A stretch of 64,000 nt of DNA from positions 62,001-126,000 of the forward strand of contig JAUCBJ010008242.1 of NCBI GenBank assembly GCA_032718475.1, given 5' to 3'. Below the pieces are notes generated by a model. It did not search any database, was not told where the DNA came from, and saw only the letters and a list, made by a program, of their open reading frames with translations. Origin of the DNA: Nemertoderma westbladi. Taxonomy: Eukaryota; Animalia; Xenacoelomorpha. Shown here one piece after another: positions 1-12,048 of this stretch (the stretch's first letter is position 1; every line of letters begins with the position of its first letter). Position numbers and translations under genes: made by a program.

Positions 1-1500
1 GGCCACACTTTGGTTCGTTGCTTAGCCTCGTTTAGTAGCAATTGTCAATAATTAACTTCTATTCCCATGGAAACTAGAGTTCTCTGGAACTGTTGCTTTA
101 ACCTTTGAAAAAAAATTCAGTACAAATTGTGGTTCAGATAACACATATATATACTGAGTTTCAGAAAATATTGTAGTTTATGTCCAAATTACCGATTTTC
201 TATCAAAATGCATCTGTTTGCAGTGGTTGTCATGGAAACTGAAAAATAGAACAATGTAATTCGGATGCAGAATAAGTCATATAGTGGGGGTAGGGGTTAG
301 TCCCAAGTCATAATACTATTAACTTGTGCTTCAAATTATCATGTTATAAATTTTAACATCTGTTTAGACTTGTTGCTATGGTAATTGGATTGTGTAATTA
401 ACCTCGAATGGATTGTATATGGACCTTACAGATGAGTTGCAAAACCCCAAATTTTGATTTATTACATTATTTTGCTACAAATAGAGTTATTGAATTTAGA
501 CTTGAATGATATAGACTTTAATAAACTCCAGTTACCATGGTAACAAGATATTTCTGGAATGTTTTGAGTTTCACTAAAAGTTCGAACTAGTGGATCCAGA
601 TAACACATATCCCAGTTTCGTAAAATTTTATCGCGAAGTCTATGTCCAAATGAGTTATTTTTGTATAAAAACATCTGTTTTCAGCGGTTGTCATGGTAAC
701 TGCAAAATTAGAACAATGAAATTCGGACGCAGAATAAGTCATATAGTGGGGGTAGGTGTTGGTCCCAACTCAATACTACTTAACTTAGTGCTTCAAATTA
801 TACATTTTATAAATTTTAGCATCTGTTTAGTGCTTGTCTGCTATGGTAACATGGACTATTTTCTAATTAACCTCACAATGGCTTGGATATGGACCTTATA
901 TGAGTTGCAAAACCCCAAGTTTATATATATTACAGTTCTGCTACAAATATAGATTTGAATGATATAGAGTTTAATAAACTACAGTTACCATGGTAACTAA
1001 ATTTCTGGAATAATTTAAGTTTCACTAAAAGTTCCAACTAGTGGTCCAGATAACACATTCCCAGTTTTGTAAAATTTTATCGTGAAGTCTATGTCCAAAT
1101 GAATAAGTTTTGAATAAAAACATATGTTTTCAGCGGTTGTCATGGTAACTGAAAAATAGAACAATGTAATTCGGATGCAGAATAAGTTATATAGTGGGGG
1201 TAGGGGTTGGTCCCAAGTCATAACACCTTGCCCTTAGGCTTCAAATTAACATTTTATAAATTTTAACATCTGTTTATCCCGGTTGCCAAGGTAACTGGAT
1301 TTTCTATTTAGCCTCAATCGGCTCTGCTATGGACCTTATAGTTGTGTTGCGAAACCCCAAGTTTATATCTATTATAGTTTTCCTACAAATAGAGTTATAA
1401 ATATTGACTTGAAATACATAGACTTTTTTTGAAGTCCGTTGCCATGGAAACCAGATTTTTCCTGGATATGAGACCCGGCCCAAAAGATTCGCCTCGTCGA
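1..1500. repeat. About three diverged tandem units of ~450-480 bp rich in GTTNCCATGGNAAC palindromes; probably the interior of a non-autonomous DNA element
   Basis: Block 'cagcggttgtcatggtaactgaaaatagaacaatgtaattcggatgcagaataagtcatatagtgggggtagg' recurs at ~221, ~682 and ~1131; 'gttgcaaaaccccaa' recurs at ~436, ~904 and ~1347. Confidence 0.75.
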
Positions 1501-2343
1501 GTAGTATATACATGCAAAATTTCAGGGTACTTTTAAAGGCTAGTTTTTTCGCCTATCAAAAAACCCCAAATCTGCCTCACACAAGTAAAATAGCCCACTA
1601 TGAATAGACCATCTCAGCTAAGGAAAATCTTTCTTAGCGAAAGTAGTTGATTTTCCTTAGCTTCGTGGATTTTGCGACTTTAAAAAAAATTATGACGTAA
1701 GAACTTCAGAAAAAAAAGTAAAATTAATTGGCAAAGATCAGCCACCGTACAGTATCTTACGGTATTTCAGGTAATTTATTATTATGGCTTAAGGCATTTC
1801 TTTCCAACCGCAAACAACGTGTTTATTGTGGGAAACCAGTCATCCATTTATTGTGACGTAAATTCTGGCACACCTCAGTTGTAGAGGTAAATTCCATATT
1901 AAAATTAGGTAAATGTGTCGGATTAAAAATAGGTTAAAAATGCCCTTTCACGCTTGCATATAAGTACAGTATAAAGTCAAGTACACAATTACGCCATATC
2001 ATTTTGTCAACTCACTGGTAATGTAAAATGTTTAAATATATACTATAAGTAAATAATTTCGATTCAGAGTATCAAAATATCGGAATTTTGTTTGTTCTGC
2101 ATGTCAACTCGTTTATAACTCGTTTATAGACTCAACTTGCTGACTTACAGTAGTAAACTAAAACTTTATACTTTGATCCGGTTCGTGTATTATATATTGT
2201 TATAGATACAATCCGAACGGAGTAAAATAATGACACATGGGGATTAGCATTACAATTAAATACAGTAGCAATAAATAAAATAACTAAATAAAATATTAAC
2301 TATAAAAAATATGTTTTATGGTTCTAAAACATAAATTAATTAA

Positions 2344-3307
2344 TTAATTAATTAATTGAGCTTGATTAGCTCCGCTAAAGTGGGACAGGGCAGGCATTGT
2401 AGTGCGTGAAAAAGTGATCCACAAGAGGCGCCGGAAGAAACTGCATACACATGTAGGTGATGGCTGATGGAACTTCTTGGCGCTGAGACATAGTTTGTGG
2501 TGGAACCCGTGAGCTGTCATGCGGGTAATTAAGCGCCTGATCTTTTGGCCTGAACGCTTCCATGTCGAGGTGTTAAAGGCGGGACCCAGAATGAATTGCC
2601 GCGCATCGAAACTTGCTTCTCGTTCAACACGGAAAGCTCGGTAGTTAGCTAACACATCGTTGTTGAAGACTGAGTTGTTTTTCGACACAATGTCTTCAAC
2701 AAGTGACTTTTCATCAAGAAGATGGAGAGCTAGAGTTGAAGAAGCCGATGTATGTAGCGATAACATGCGTTTGATATGTGCTGTCTTTATTTTGTCTAAA
2801 TCTTTTAGGTGTTGCAATTTGAGGTGATGGCCAATAGCATCAATTGCATATGTAGCCATTGGGGAAATTTTCATTCTAAATATTAGCAAACCAGTTTCCG
2901 TAGTCAGCAGTGGGAGATGATTTAGAGAACCAATCACAGCATAAGCGGATTTCATTTTTTCCTTGATGTGCAAGCTGAAACTCAGGGAAGGTTGCAAGGT
3001 AACACCCAGATACTCATATTTGTTTGATATGGTAACCAACCAGTTTGCCACCATAATAAAATTTATCACAGAGACATAGACGTCCATCTTTTCTAAACTT
3101 TACTATCTTGGTTTTAGTGAGATTGACATCCATCCCATTAGCGTTACACCAAATTTGAAGCACGTTGAGAACGCGTTGGATGTCTTCGCGGTTGTTTGAG
3201 TAAAACACCAGATCATCGGCGTAAAATATGAACTTGATGAAAGCGGCTGCCGTTCGAATTGCTTCAGCGAGGTCGGCAATGTAGAAGATGAAGCACGTTG
3301 GTGATAG
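2344..3307 (-). pseudogene. Non-LTR retrotransposon (LINE) ORF2, 3' part of RT and C-terminal region, frameshifted
   Basis: Minus strand reads LSPTCFIFYIADL...KFIFYADDLVFY (YADD), VNLTKTKIVKF and YEYLGVTL; continues the QGDSL motif at ~32365. Confidence 0.9.
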
Positions 3308-4482
3308 TGTAAAGGCTTTTGCGGAATTAGCTGGTTATTTTCCCCGCAAAGTACCCTGTAGGCGTTTTAGCGGACATAAAAAGCCGTTTCCTTACTGTAC
3401 AGGTGTTTTAGTGGACATAAAAAGCCATTTCTTCTGTATGTGTACTTTAGCGGACATAACTAGCGATTTTATGTCGCAATACGCCAAAATACTCTTGATA
3501 CAGTGTAGTTCAAGATGACGACATCTATCAGCTGATATGTCCACATGTAACTTTTTCTTTGTTCTTTGTTCGGTCGACCAATCAGAGCGATTTTCATTTA
3601 TTTGTACAGAAACCTCCGGGAAATCCCGCAATGCATTATGGTTTATGTTTACCTTTTTTCCTGATGCCAGAACACCGGCTGTGGAATTATTCTGTGTTTC
3701 AGACTTTAGCCAAAACATTAGAATGGCTTTGATCATAGAAACGTATAACTGTTATTCTGCCATACCTGGCATACCAGACTTGCCGTACCTCTCACCGCAT
3801 TATTTTACTGCTATTTACTGTTGGTTATTAATTGTATCAGTTGATGGAATATTGTTATATTTGGAGAATATCGATAAATAACCATAAAACCCCAATCTTC
3901 TTGATATACTGAAGGTGAGAGACCGGTTACATATAGCAATTGCGACTTACATTAAAGTGGTTTTGGAGTGAATTTAATGCTATTTCATAGGCCCTACAGG
4001 TGTCAGTTGCTGTTCTCTTTATATGTGACTAAAATTAGTGAAGGTCGGCAGATCGGTGTGCCGCATTGTGCAGTAGTGTGCATGACTGTGACAGATAACA
4101 AAGCATCTCCTAAAGAATGCGCTTTATACGTGAATCATTAGCCATCCCGTTGTGTTTAGTGTAAGTCATAACTCTGTTTACATACTTAGAGCGCCACGTC
4201 CTAAAGGAACTGTTGATATTTCCCGAAAGTAAATAATATTTGTCAGAGATTATATATTAACGATCAATCGAATAATACAGTAGGCCTACACCGCAATAAG
4301 GTCAGAGCTTCCGAATCCAGTCTCCCGGGTAAATCCAGCGGGTGAATGGTCGCGCATAGGCTGGCTTCGGCTAATGTAGTTTTATGTGTATCAAATACTC
4401 GTCATAGGCTAAAGTCGATTTATAACCTAGAAGACACCTAAATTTGGCAGGTTAAACTGCTAAAGGTCTAAAAGCACGAACA
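3308..4482 (+). repeat. 5' LTR of outer BEL element
   Basis: Starts TGTAAAGG, ends GAACA; about 9 substitutions versus 31188-32362. Confidence 0.97.
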
Positions 4483-6083
4483 ATAACAGTTATTTCTTCT
4501 GATTGCAGTGTAGGCAAGAAATACAGTTTACTATTGTTCTGGTAAGAATAATAACAGCTATTGCTTCTTTATTGCAAAGTAAGCAATAAAGGTAAAAGTA
4601 CCGGTCGACCGGTAACCAGTAGGCCTGACTGCCTAACCACCCGAACCGGTACTTACAGCAGTACAGGTACATCAGTATTATTTCGATTGTGATATATTGT
4701 ATATTGTAGGCTGTTAGGGGATTAGGGATTGATCACCCCTTATTCCTTTGTATGGTCTACTTATTTCTGTCAGTTTTATTTATTTGTAGGTTAATATTGA
4801 ACAGAAGGCGTGTAAGCCTGCTCAGATTGTACAGGTAATTTGTAGGCTGGAATGTTGTCTGACTGTTGTTAAGTCTGAAGAGATTGCAGTGTGTGTAGAG
4901 TGTATGTCCGATAAAGTACTAGTTAGGAACGTGGGGGCTTCCAGTGCTGTAAGGTAAATCCCCCCCTCCCCCCGAAAGAATAAGTCGTACTACTCGGTTA
5001 GAACGCATACTAACTAACCATTTCGGAGTCTGCATGTGCTGTGGTTTATTTAGGCTTGATAGTAGTCTGCCAGCGTTTGGTCTGTATTTTGTTTGTGTAG
5101 TCTGTACGGGTAGCGTAATATTTATTATTCAGAGTTTATGCGATTATTCGCAACATACATACCCCCAAGTTTATTCCTACAGTAATTGTGCTTGTTATAC
5201 ATACCGTTATAGTTAAATTAACCCCGGTACTACATCAGGGCTGTTTGGCGTAGGTAAAGACTGGTGATTTTATGCTCTAGTCACTCCGGCAGATACCGTG
5301 GTTCTTTTAGCTGTACAAGTATTTTTAACTGCTGGTTATTTGTTGTATAAGTACTTGTACCTAATTTAGGGTTTAGTGTACAGTGCTTTCCGAAAGTAAT
5401 TAGCGTGTAGGCAGTATATTTGTGTTGTAAAGTGGTTAATAGGCACGTTGGCTCTGGCAGGCCACGGTAATTAACTTCTAGGTAGGAACACTCCGTGAAA
5501 CATAACGTAGTACTTATAGCTCTACGGCTATAAGTCGTCAGACAGTGGTATTTTTCCTATGTGGACAACGCAGTATATTTACTACTGCTTTATTATTTTC
5601 AAATACCGTAGTATCTTGTCCGTTGTAATAACCAGAAATTCTAACCCTTGTTAGGCTGGTTTGTAGACTTCTTGTAAAATTACCCCTAAAAATTCGTACT
5701 TGTATTTTTTTGTGTTTATTTAGAGATTGTAATCTCACCCCGTATTGTACGTAATTTGTAGTAATAAGTAACTTAGGCAAATTAGAATTATTTGTTTTAG
5801 TGTCCAATACAATAAGTAGCACTTCACTGAGAGCGTACAGCTTCTGTGTAGTGACTCCTTCCCAGAAATAATAACATTTATTTCAAATATTGACAAAAAA
5901 CCCATTAAACGGGTATATATATTATAAATCAACTCAAACCGATTTATAAAATAGTAGGCCTGTCTTACAAAAATTAGGTCTTAATGTCAGTTGGACTACT
6001 GCTTAAATAACGGTAATCAAGTAAAGTAAAGTAAACAAGTAACCCCTAAAATTCAGAAATTCAATTATTCTAAAATAATTGAC

Positions 6084-6305
6084 ATACCGGTATTTGCGAT
6101 AGGCCTATTATATATTTCTATATATTTGTGCTGAAATTATATACCGGTATTCTGTAATTAATTCTAGTCTATAATTATACTTATATACTATAAGTGTAAG
6201 CTGTATACCGGTATTCACGATAGGCCTATTATATATTTCTATATATTTGTGCTGAAATTATATACCGGTATTCTGTAATTAATTCTAGTCTATAATTATA
6301 CTTAT
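6084..6305 (+). repeat. ~101-bp direct repeat (period 121) in the 5' leader of the outer element
   Basis: ataccggtatt...ctagtctataattatacttat at 6084-6184 and 6205-6305. Confidence 0.9.
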
Positions 6306-6324
6306 TCAGGGATTCTTCAGCTCT

Positions 6325-9300
6325 TTGGAGCGATTAGAGGAACAACTGTTTCAACAACCCCAAGGACCTCAAGAGCAGGGAGAGCTGCTTTATCAAGTTA
6401 GAGAAAGAATTCTAAGAATCAGACTAATCCTATCGGCCTTTGAGGAAGCTTTGAAAAGAAGACAAGACACGTCGTTGCAAGTTGCCGTAAAGACTTGGTT
6501 CCAGCGGGTGGGTCTCAAGGTTCAAGGAACAGCCCAGTGGAAATCTCAGCTGGCTGAGCGCTCAACCCATGGAGAATCAACAGACACTACCTTTTCTCAA
6601 GTGGAAAGCGAAGCGACAGCAGAGAAACCGCAGACGAGGGACGCTATTGACATCTATCTGTCAGACTATCAACGATTTCTAGGTGATGAAGAGTTGAGGA
6701 GACGGCTGGCTGGACTTCGCCCTAATAGTGAAGGAGCCAAGCTTGTGTTGGACGCAATAGATGTGGAAATGTTAGCTGCGAACCAAGCTAAATTTGATGA
6801 ACGCCTCCGCATCGCTAGAGTCCAAGAAGAACAAGTAAAGAAAAAACGTATAGAAGACAGAAAGACAGCAGCAGCGGCAGCGGCAGAAGTTGAAAGAAAA
6901 GCGGCAGCGGCAGCGGCAGCGGCAGAGGCTGAAAGAAAGGTAGCAGCGGCAGAAGCGGAAAGAAAAGCGGCAGAGGCAGTGGCAGAAGCAGAACGGGGAG
7001 CGTCGGAAGAGACCACCCAACTAGAGTTGGAAAATCTTCAAGAGAAGCAAGACTGCATAAATAAACAGTTAACAGCTAGTCAAATGCAGATGATAAGTCG
7101 ATCTACTCCCAAAAGGCAGGGATTTACATCATCTGATGAAGGCGATACCACCGATCCTGAAGGCGGAGGAAATAGATCTCGTCTAAGCAGGCGTAGAAGA
7201 ATGTCCCACCGTCAGAAATTGCCTGATTTGCCCCCAGCTGTTAGAAGGCAACTAGCTAGTACAGACTTAGGTAGTACAGAACCCACAGACCAAATTATTA
7301 GGGCAGCAAGCTATAGTACTATAGTAGAGCCTACTATAGTAGATGAGCCTGAAATAATTAGGCCTGTTCTCGAAGCCACCCCTTCGGTGATAGAGACACC
7401 TGTACTCCCAGAACCTACCTCTAAATTCCCTTTGCATAGCACTAAACTACCTGTGCCCAGCAGAACAGCCCATGAGACAGTTCCTGTCCTGGACTCCGAG
7501 CGAAATATCAATGATTTGTCGCCCGTTGTTCCCCGTCCACCCGCTACTATGTTGGCGGCTCCCGCTTCGGCGGTCGAGTGGGTGGATGAGAGACGGCGGG
7601 GGATGGATCTCCTGCTCGGGCAGATGCAGGAGACTGTTCAACAGTTCAAGGGCACAATAAGGGAAAGTAGGTTAGAGTTGCAAGAAGTGCAGCAGAGTAT
7701 CGCGTTAGAACGCGATAAATTAGTAAATACCCAAAGGGGTATACCACCAACCCCGGTAACAATGTGTCAACCTGTTAGGTCTGAAGTATTTCATGCGCAA
7801 GGTGTGGAGCCTACACGCATCTATACTGCTAGTGAAGTAGAAACTCCAATCTTAAACCCTATTAAGGGTAATTATAAACCTGTTGACAATGGTATTCCAT
7901 ATAGACCTGATCATAATCCGAGAAATTTATATACCGATAACTCGATATTAAATAACACGATGGCCCAAGAAAGTTTTACGCGTCAAATGGCTAGAACCGA
8001 AGCCCGTCAAGCGGTAAAGGTGGGAGAGATCGTCAAGTTCAATGGAGATGAGATGAAATGGTTACCTTTTAATGAATATTACAAAGATAACATACAGAAC
8101 TCTGTGCTATCTAATGGAGAGAAACTTAGATTCCTCATCGAGTGCTTGGAAGGATCTCCCAAGCTAATGGCGTTAAAGTTTATTGGACATCCAGACGGAT
8201 TAAGGCAAGTTTGGGATACCCTAAACATCAGGTATGGTAATAGGAATAACATAGCTGGGTATTTGTATGCAAAGTTGGTAGCGCCCCGAAAGTTTATTAG
8301 CAGCGGGATTATAGAGTTTTCCGATGAGATTCAGGAGATCTGCAGACAATTAGATTGGCTAGGTAAGTCTCATGAGTATCAGAGTGCTATGGTTATTAGA
8401 GCAGTGGCTTCTACTTTACCGAAGGGTGGAGTAGGTACACGCTGGGACAAGAAAGTGTTATATATGATGGAACAACAACAACGAGACCCTACCATGGCTG
8501 ATCTCATGTCATTCTTGGATGGCGAAGTGAGATTACAGCTCATAAAGCAGTCCAGAGAGAAGACATCGGAAAGTAAGGTAAGTGAGAAACCTGTTTCTAG
8601 GAGAAAGGTAACACCAGTGTGTTATACAGACGACGGCGAAAGCCAGACTTCTCAAGGGGAGGATAGCGGGAAAGACACTGAAAGATCTTATTATGTCAAT
8701 AAAACGCCTAAAGAACAGGTAAGTAAATTCAAGTCTCGAACCAATGACAGGAGAGAACAGGTAAGAAAAACTCCTCCTACGTCTCCCAAGAGAATTCAGG
8801 TGAGAAAGCCCGAAGAAAGAACGAGTGTGCATAATGTTATTCAAAATAAGGTAAGTAACATCAAACCAAAATGTGTGCTGTGCGACGGGCCCCACCGTTT
8901 GAATATGTGTGATAAATTCCTAAAGAAATCATTAAAGGATAGACGTGAAGTTATGTGGGATAAGCGGTTGTGTTATAATTGCCTCAGACAAGGACACCAA
9001 CGGCGAACCTGTTACTCCGACACAAGGTGTGCAAAGTGCGGCGCGAAACATCATATCTTGTTGCACACTGAATTTGAAAGAAACAGCCCGAGTCAGGTAA
9101 GTGAGCCCGAACTACATGTCCAATTCAGTGGTGTGAACGACACGGACCAAAGTTCTGAGATGGAAGGATTCTATACGGATGAATTCTCCGACGAAAATGA
9201 ATCCTGTTACCTAATAAATACCGCAGTGTATCGAGCACTTACGTATGAGAAAGAAACCGATAGTGAGCTTCCCCCAACTGCTCGTGACCGACAACCATCT

Positions 9301-9462
9301 TGGAAAGCACCAACTTCCAATGTAGGAATCCGAGAATTTCCCGTAGTGCAGTTGAGAGTCCACGGGCCTAAAAAGAGTTATATAGTGAACGCCCTCCTTG
9401 ACTCCGGCAGCACAGGAACATTCATCGACAAAGAACTAGCCGAAGACATCTTTGCTGGATAA
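6325..9462 (+). CDS. gag: Outer BEL Gag plus start of aspartic protease (no ATG near the 5' end; ends at an in-frame stop inside PR)
   Basis: 1045-codon ORF; DUF1759-like KFNGDEMKWLPF...EKLRFL; CVLCDGPHRLNMC, CYNCLRQGHQRRTC, CAKCGAKHHILLH; ALLDSGS. Confidence 0.92.
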   Translation: MERLEEQLFQQPQGPQEQGELLYQVRERILRIRLILSAFEEALKRRQDTSLQVAVKTWFQRVGLKVQGTAQWKSQLAERSTHGESTDTTFSQVESEATAEKPQTRDAIDIYLSDYQRFLGDEELRRRLAGLRPNSEGAKLVLDAIDVEMLAANQAKFDERLRIARVQEEQVKKKRIEDRKTAAAAAAEVERKAAAAAAAAEAERKVAAAEAERKAAEAVAEAERGASEETTQLELENLQEKQDCINKQLTASQMQMISRSTPKRQGFTSSDEGDTTDPEGGGNRSRLSRRRRMSHRQKLPDLPPAVRRQLASTDLGSTEPTDQIIRAASYSTIVEPTIVDEPEIIRPVLEATPSVIETPVLPEPTSKFPLHSTKLPVPSRTAHETVPVLDSERNINDLSPVVPRPPATMLAAPASAVEWVDERRRGMDLLLGQMQETVQQFKGTIRESRLELQEVQQSIALERDKLVNTQRGIPPTPVTMCQPVRSEVFHAQGVEPTRIYTASEVETPILNPIKGNYKPVDNGIPYRPDHNPRNLYTDNSILNNTMAQESFTRQMARTEARQAVKVGEIVKFNGDEMKWLPFNEYYKDNIQNSVLSNGEKLRFLIECLEGSPKLMALKFIGHPDGLRQVWDTLNIRYGNRNNIAGYLYAKLVAPRKFISSGIIEFSDEIQEICRQLDWLGKSHEYQSAMVIRAVASTLPKGGVGTRWDKKVLYMMEQQQRDPTMADLMSFLDGEVRLQLIKQSREKTSESKVSEKPVSRRKVTPVCYTDDGESQTSQGEDSGKDTERSYYVNKTPKEQVSKFKSRTNDRREQVRKTPPTSPKRIQVRKPEERTSVHNVIQNKVSNIKPKCVLCDGPHRLNMCDKFLKKSLKDRREVMWDKRLCYNCLRQGHQRRTCYSDTRCAKCGAKHHILLHTEFERNSPSQVSEPELHVQFSGVNDTDQSSEMEGFYTDEFSDENESCYLINTAVYRALTYEKETDSELPPTARDRQPSWKAPTSNVGIREFPVVQLRVHGPKKSYIVNALLDSGSTGTFIDKELAEDIFAG

Positions 9463-10706
9463 CCCAAGTTCCGAACTAAGTTAAACATGTCAGGAATTAT
9501 GCAGGTTTGGAAATCTACAGTAATTGCAGATTACTATGTAGGTGCGTTGTCCACCCCCCAGGATGAACTAGGAGAACACAGTATAAGGTCAGTAAAAATG
9601 GTTGCGATAAAGAACTTCACTACCCGCCAAGTGGAACCTTATAACTGGGATGAGGACGATTTCACCCAGCAGCTTAAGATACCTAGATTCAACACAGACT
9701 ACCCTGGAGTGCAAATACTCATCGGCCAAAATGCGCATGAGGCGCTTGAGACATTGGAGAAACGGCCTGCTCAACCGCAACCACTACAAACCTATGCGGG
9801 AAGAACTAGGGTAGGTTGGTACTTTACTGGCCCTTCCCGTAGAACTCTCATGGAAAGGTTACCCAAAGAACGGGTCTACCAGGTAAGTGAATGGGAAGCG
9901 GAGAGCAGTGAGGTAGACGACACAACTGAGGGAACACCATACTCCTCAGATAATGACGATATCCACCAACTCTTCGACGAGGAGAATACCATCGACCTCC
10001 TTACGGAAAACGAAACTTGGCAAAACCAAGTGAACCTATGTCAACTCATTCGTCCATCAGGACCAGTCGACTATAACGACGAACTGAATGACGTGATAGA
10101 TCGCTACAACGCGAAGACTCGGGATGAACACGCCGTACGATTCTTTACTCAAGAGGCTGTAGAGCCCAATTCCTACGATAAGGCCCTATCGGTAGAAGAA
10201 GAAAGAGCCAAGCAGATACAGGAAACAACTACATGTTTTCTTAAAGATCAAGGTAGATATGAAATTGGTCTGCCATTTCGAAAGCGAGAACCTATATTTA
10301 TAAACAACCGACCCTTGGCGGAGAAAAGAATTGCGCAACTACATCGACGCCTTACGGCAAATGCTTCAGCTAAGGAAATGTACAAAACTCAGTTGAAGAA
10401 ATTTATTGACAAGGGATATGCCGAGCGAGTACCGGAAGAAACACCCATAACTGAGAGAACGTACTATCTAACACATCATTACGTTCCCAAACCCGGTAAA
10501 CCCAACGAAGTCCGGGTAGTATTTGACGGCTCCGCCCTCTACATGGGCCAATCCCTCAATTCCGAGTTGTTGCCAGGACCCAACTTACTCCAATCCTTGT
10601 TGGGAATACTCTTAAGATTACGAAAATATTCAATCGCTTTTGCCTCAGATATAGAAGGCATGTTCTTACAAGTCAAGGCGCTAGATAGGGATCGAGACAG
10701 CCTACA
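9463..10706 (+). pseudogene. pol: Outer BEL pol, first part (rest of PR and N-terminal RT), cut by the inner element
   Basis: Same frame as gag after TAA; ILIGQN, RTRVGWYFTGP, RVVFDGSA, SLNSELLPGPNLL, SDIEGMFLQV. Confidence 0.93.
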
Positions 10707-11243
10707 TGTGACGGGATCCAAGAGGGATCCCGGTTTATCCGGTTTTAGTTCACGCGTCCCCGCCGTGTATAAAGAGTGAATAAGTTCGTGCTGTTTGTCG
10801 TATATAATATGATATGCAGGTATAGATATAGATATAGATATATTGTCGTATACGGAAGGCGGGATACGGTAACTAAAGTCCCAGTCCTTCCCTAGCTAAA
10901 CTATTGTAACCTAATCTAGCACCGGTATTGCACTGAGATAACTGAATTGGTATTATTACTGCCAAGTGGCTATATTGCACGGTTGGCCTTGTTACTCTAC
11001 CTAATCGATGCCTTTCCCCCCTCTGATTGGTTGATACCCTTGTTGGCGCCCTTTGGAGTGTTCCCGTTCACTCCACCTATTCTCTCTGGGTTAGGGGTTT
11101 GGCCCCTGACCCTCATTGTGTGCTTCTCCTTCCCATTCTCATTGGGATGGCACGAGTTGGTTAATTACCCAATCTCGTGGCTCCCAATATTGCTTATCGG
11201 CTTATAACTTTATGGGGTGTTAGCGGGATTGAATAAGCTAACA
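10707..11243 (-). repeat. 3' LTR of inner BEL element (537 bp)
   Basis: Matches 24092-24619 except 2 substitutions and one 13-versus-4-bp replacement; adjacent to PPT. Confidence 0.97.
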
Positions 11244-12048
11244 CTCCCCCCCATGCTATCTTCCCGGTAAGAAGATAGCATCAACCAAAAAGTGCGCTAC
11301 AATCCCGCTGGATCCCGATCTAGTATCGGGTGTGGGGTGGAATTCTTTTCTCTCGGAGCCGGCTTTCCAGGCCGCCCCCTATGGGTATGATAACGCTACC
11401 CTGTGTGCCTGGCGTCTCATGTCGGGCCGATCGCGCTCACCTCTCACGCAACTTTTGTTTCCCCAACACTTCCGCCCTATCTCTTCTTCACTCTCATCCT
11501 AACTCTCTCATACATTCGGACCTCCTCGTCCCTTACTCAGTCTCTTATTCTCCCCCCCCCCACACTAGAATTGCGTCCGCACTCTCTCTGCACTCCGCAC
11601 TATTACTCCGTTCCTCAACCCTACTCTGACTACCTCATCCCTTCTGACGAATCTCCCCTCCCCTCTTGTGCCGTCGCACTCAAGAAGTGTGAAATTGTCT
11701 GGTGTCTCGTCCATAGTGCCATAGTCAGTTATCCCCCAGTCCCAGTAGTTAATTGAGAAAGGTTGTATGACTATAGTACTTACTCCCAGCGTATATTCGT
11801 AGATTACTAATTACTACATACGTACATACAAATTGCACTTATATGATTATTTGCATTAATTAAATCTGTACTTAATAGTTCGTACGTCCCACGCGGCGCC
11901 TTCCAGGCGCACCACGTCCCAGTCTCAGTCTCTATCCCTCGACTCTGGGAACCTATCTGTTCCTCTGGGGATAGTTCCCCCTGGCGTCCTCTTCCCTGGG
12001 CCGTTTCTTGGTTATCACCGTTCCTCTGGCATCATCCGCTTTCTGCTT

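Noticed and set aside
3392-3881. Duplicated 114-aa ORFs (also 31272-31761) and 83-86-aa ORFs at 10947 and 24332
   Set aside because: They are duplicated only because they lie in LTRs; no recognisable motifs
9460-9462. Programmed stop read-through between gag and pol (a similar stop follows the DSG motif in the inner element at 19399)
   Set aside because: The stops fall inside the protease at different positions and both elements have other nonsense codons; decay is the simpler explanation
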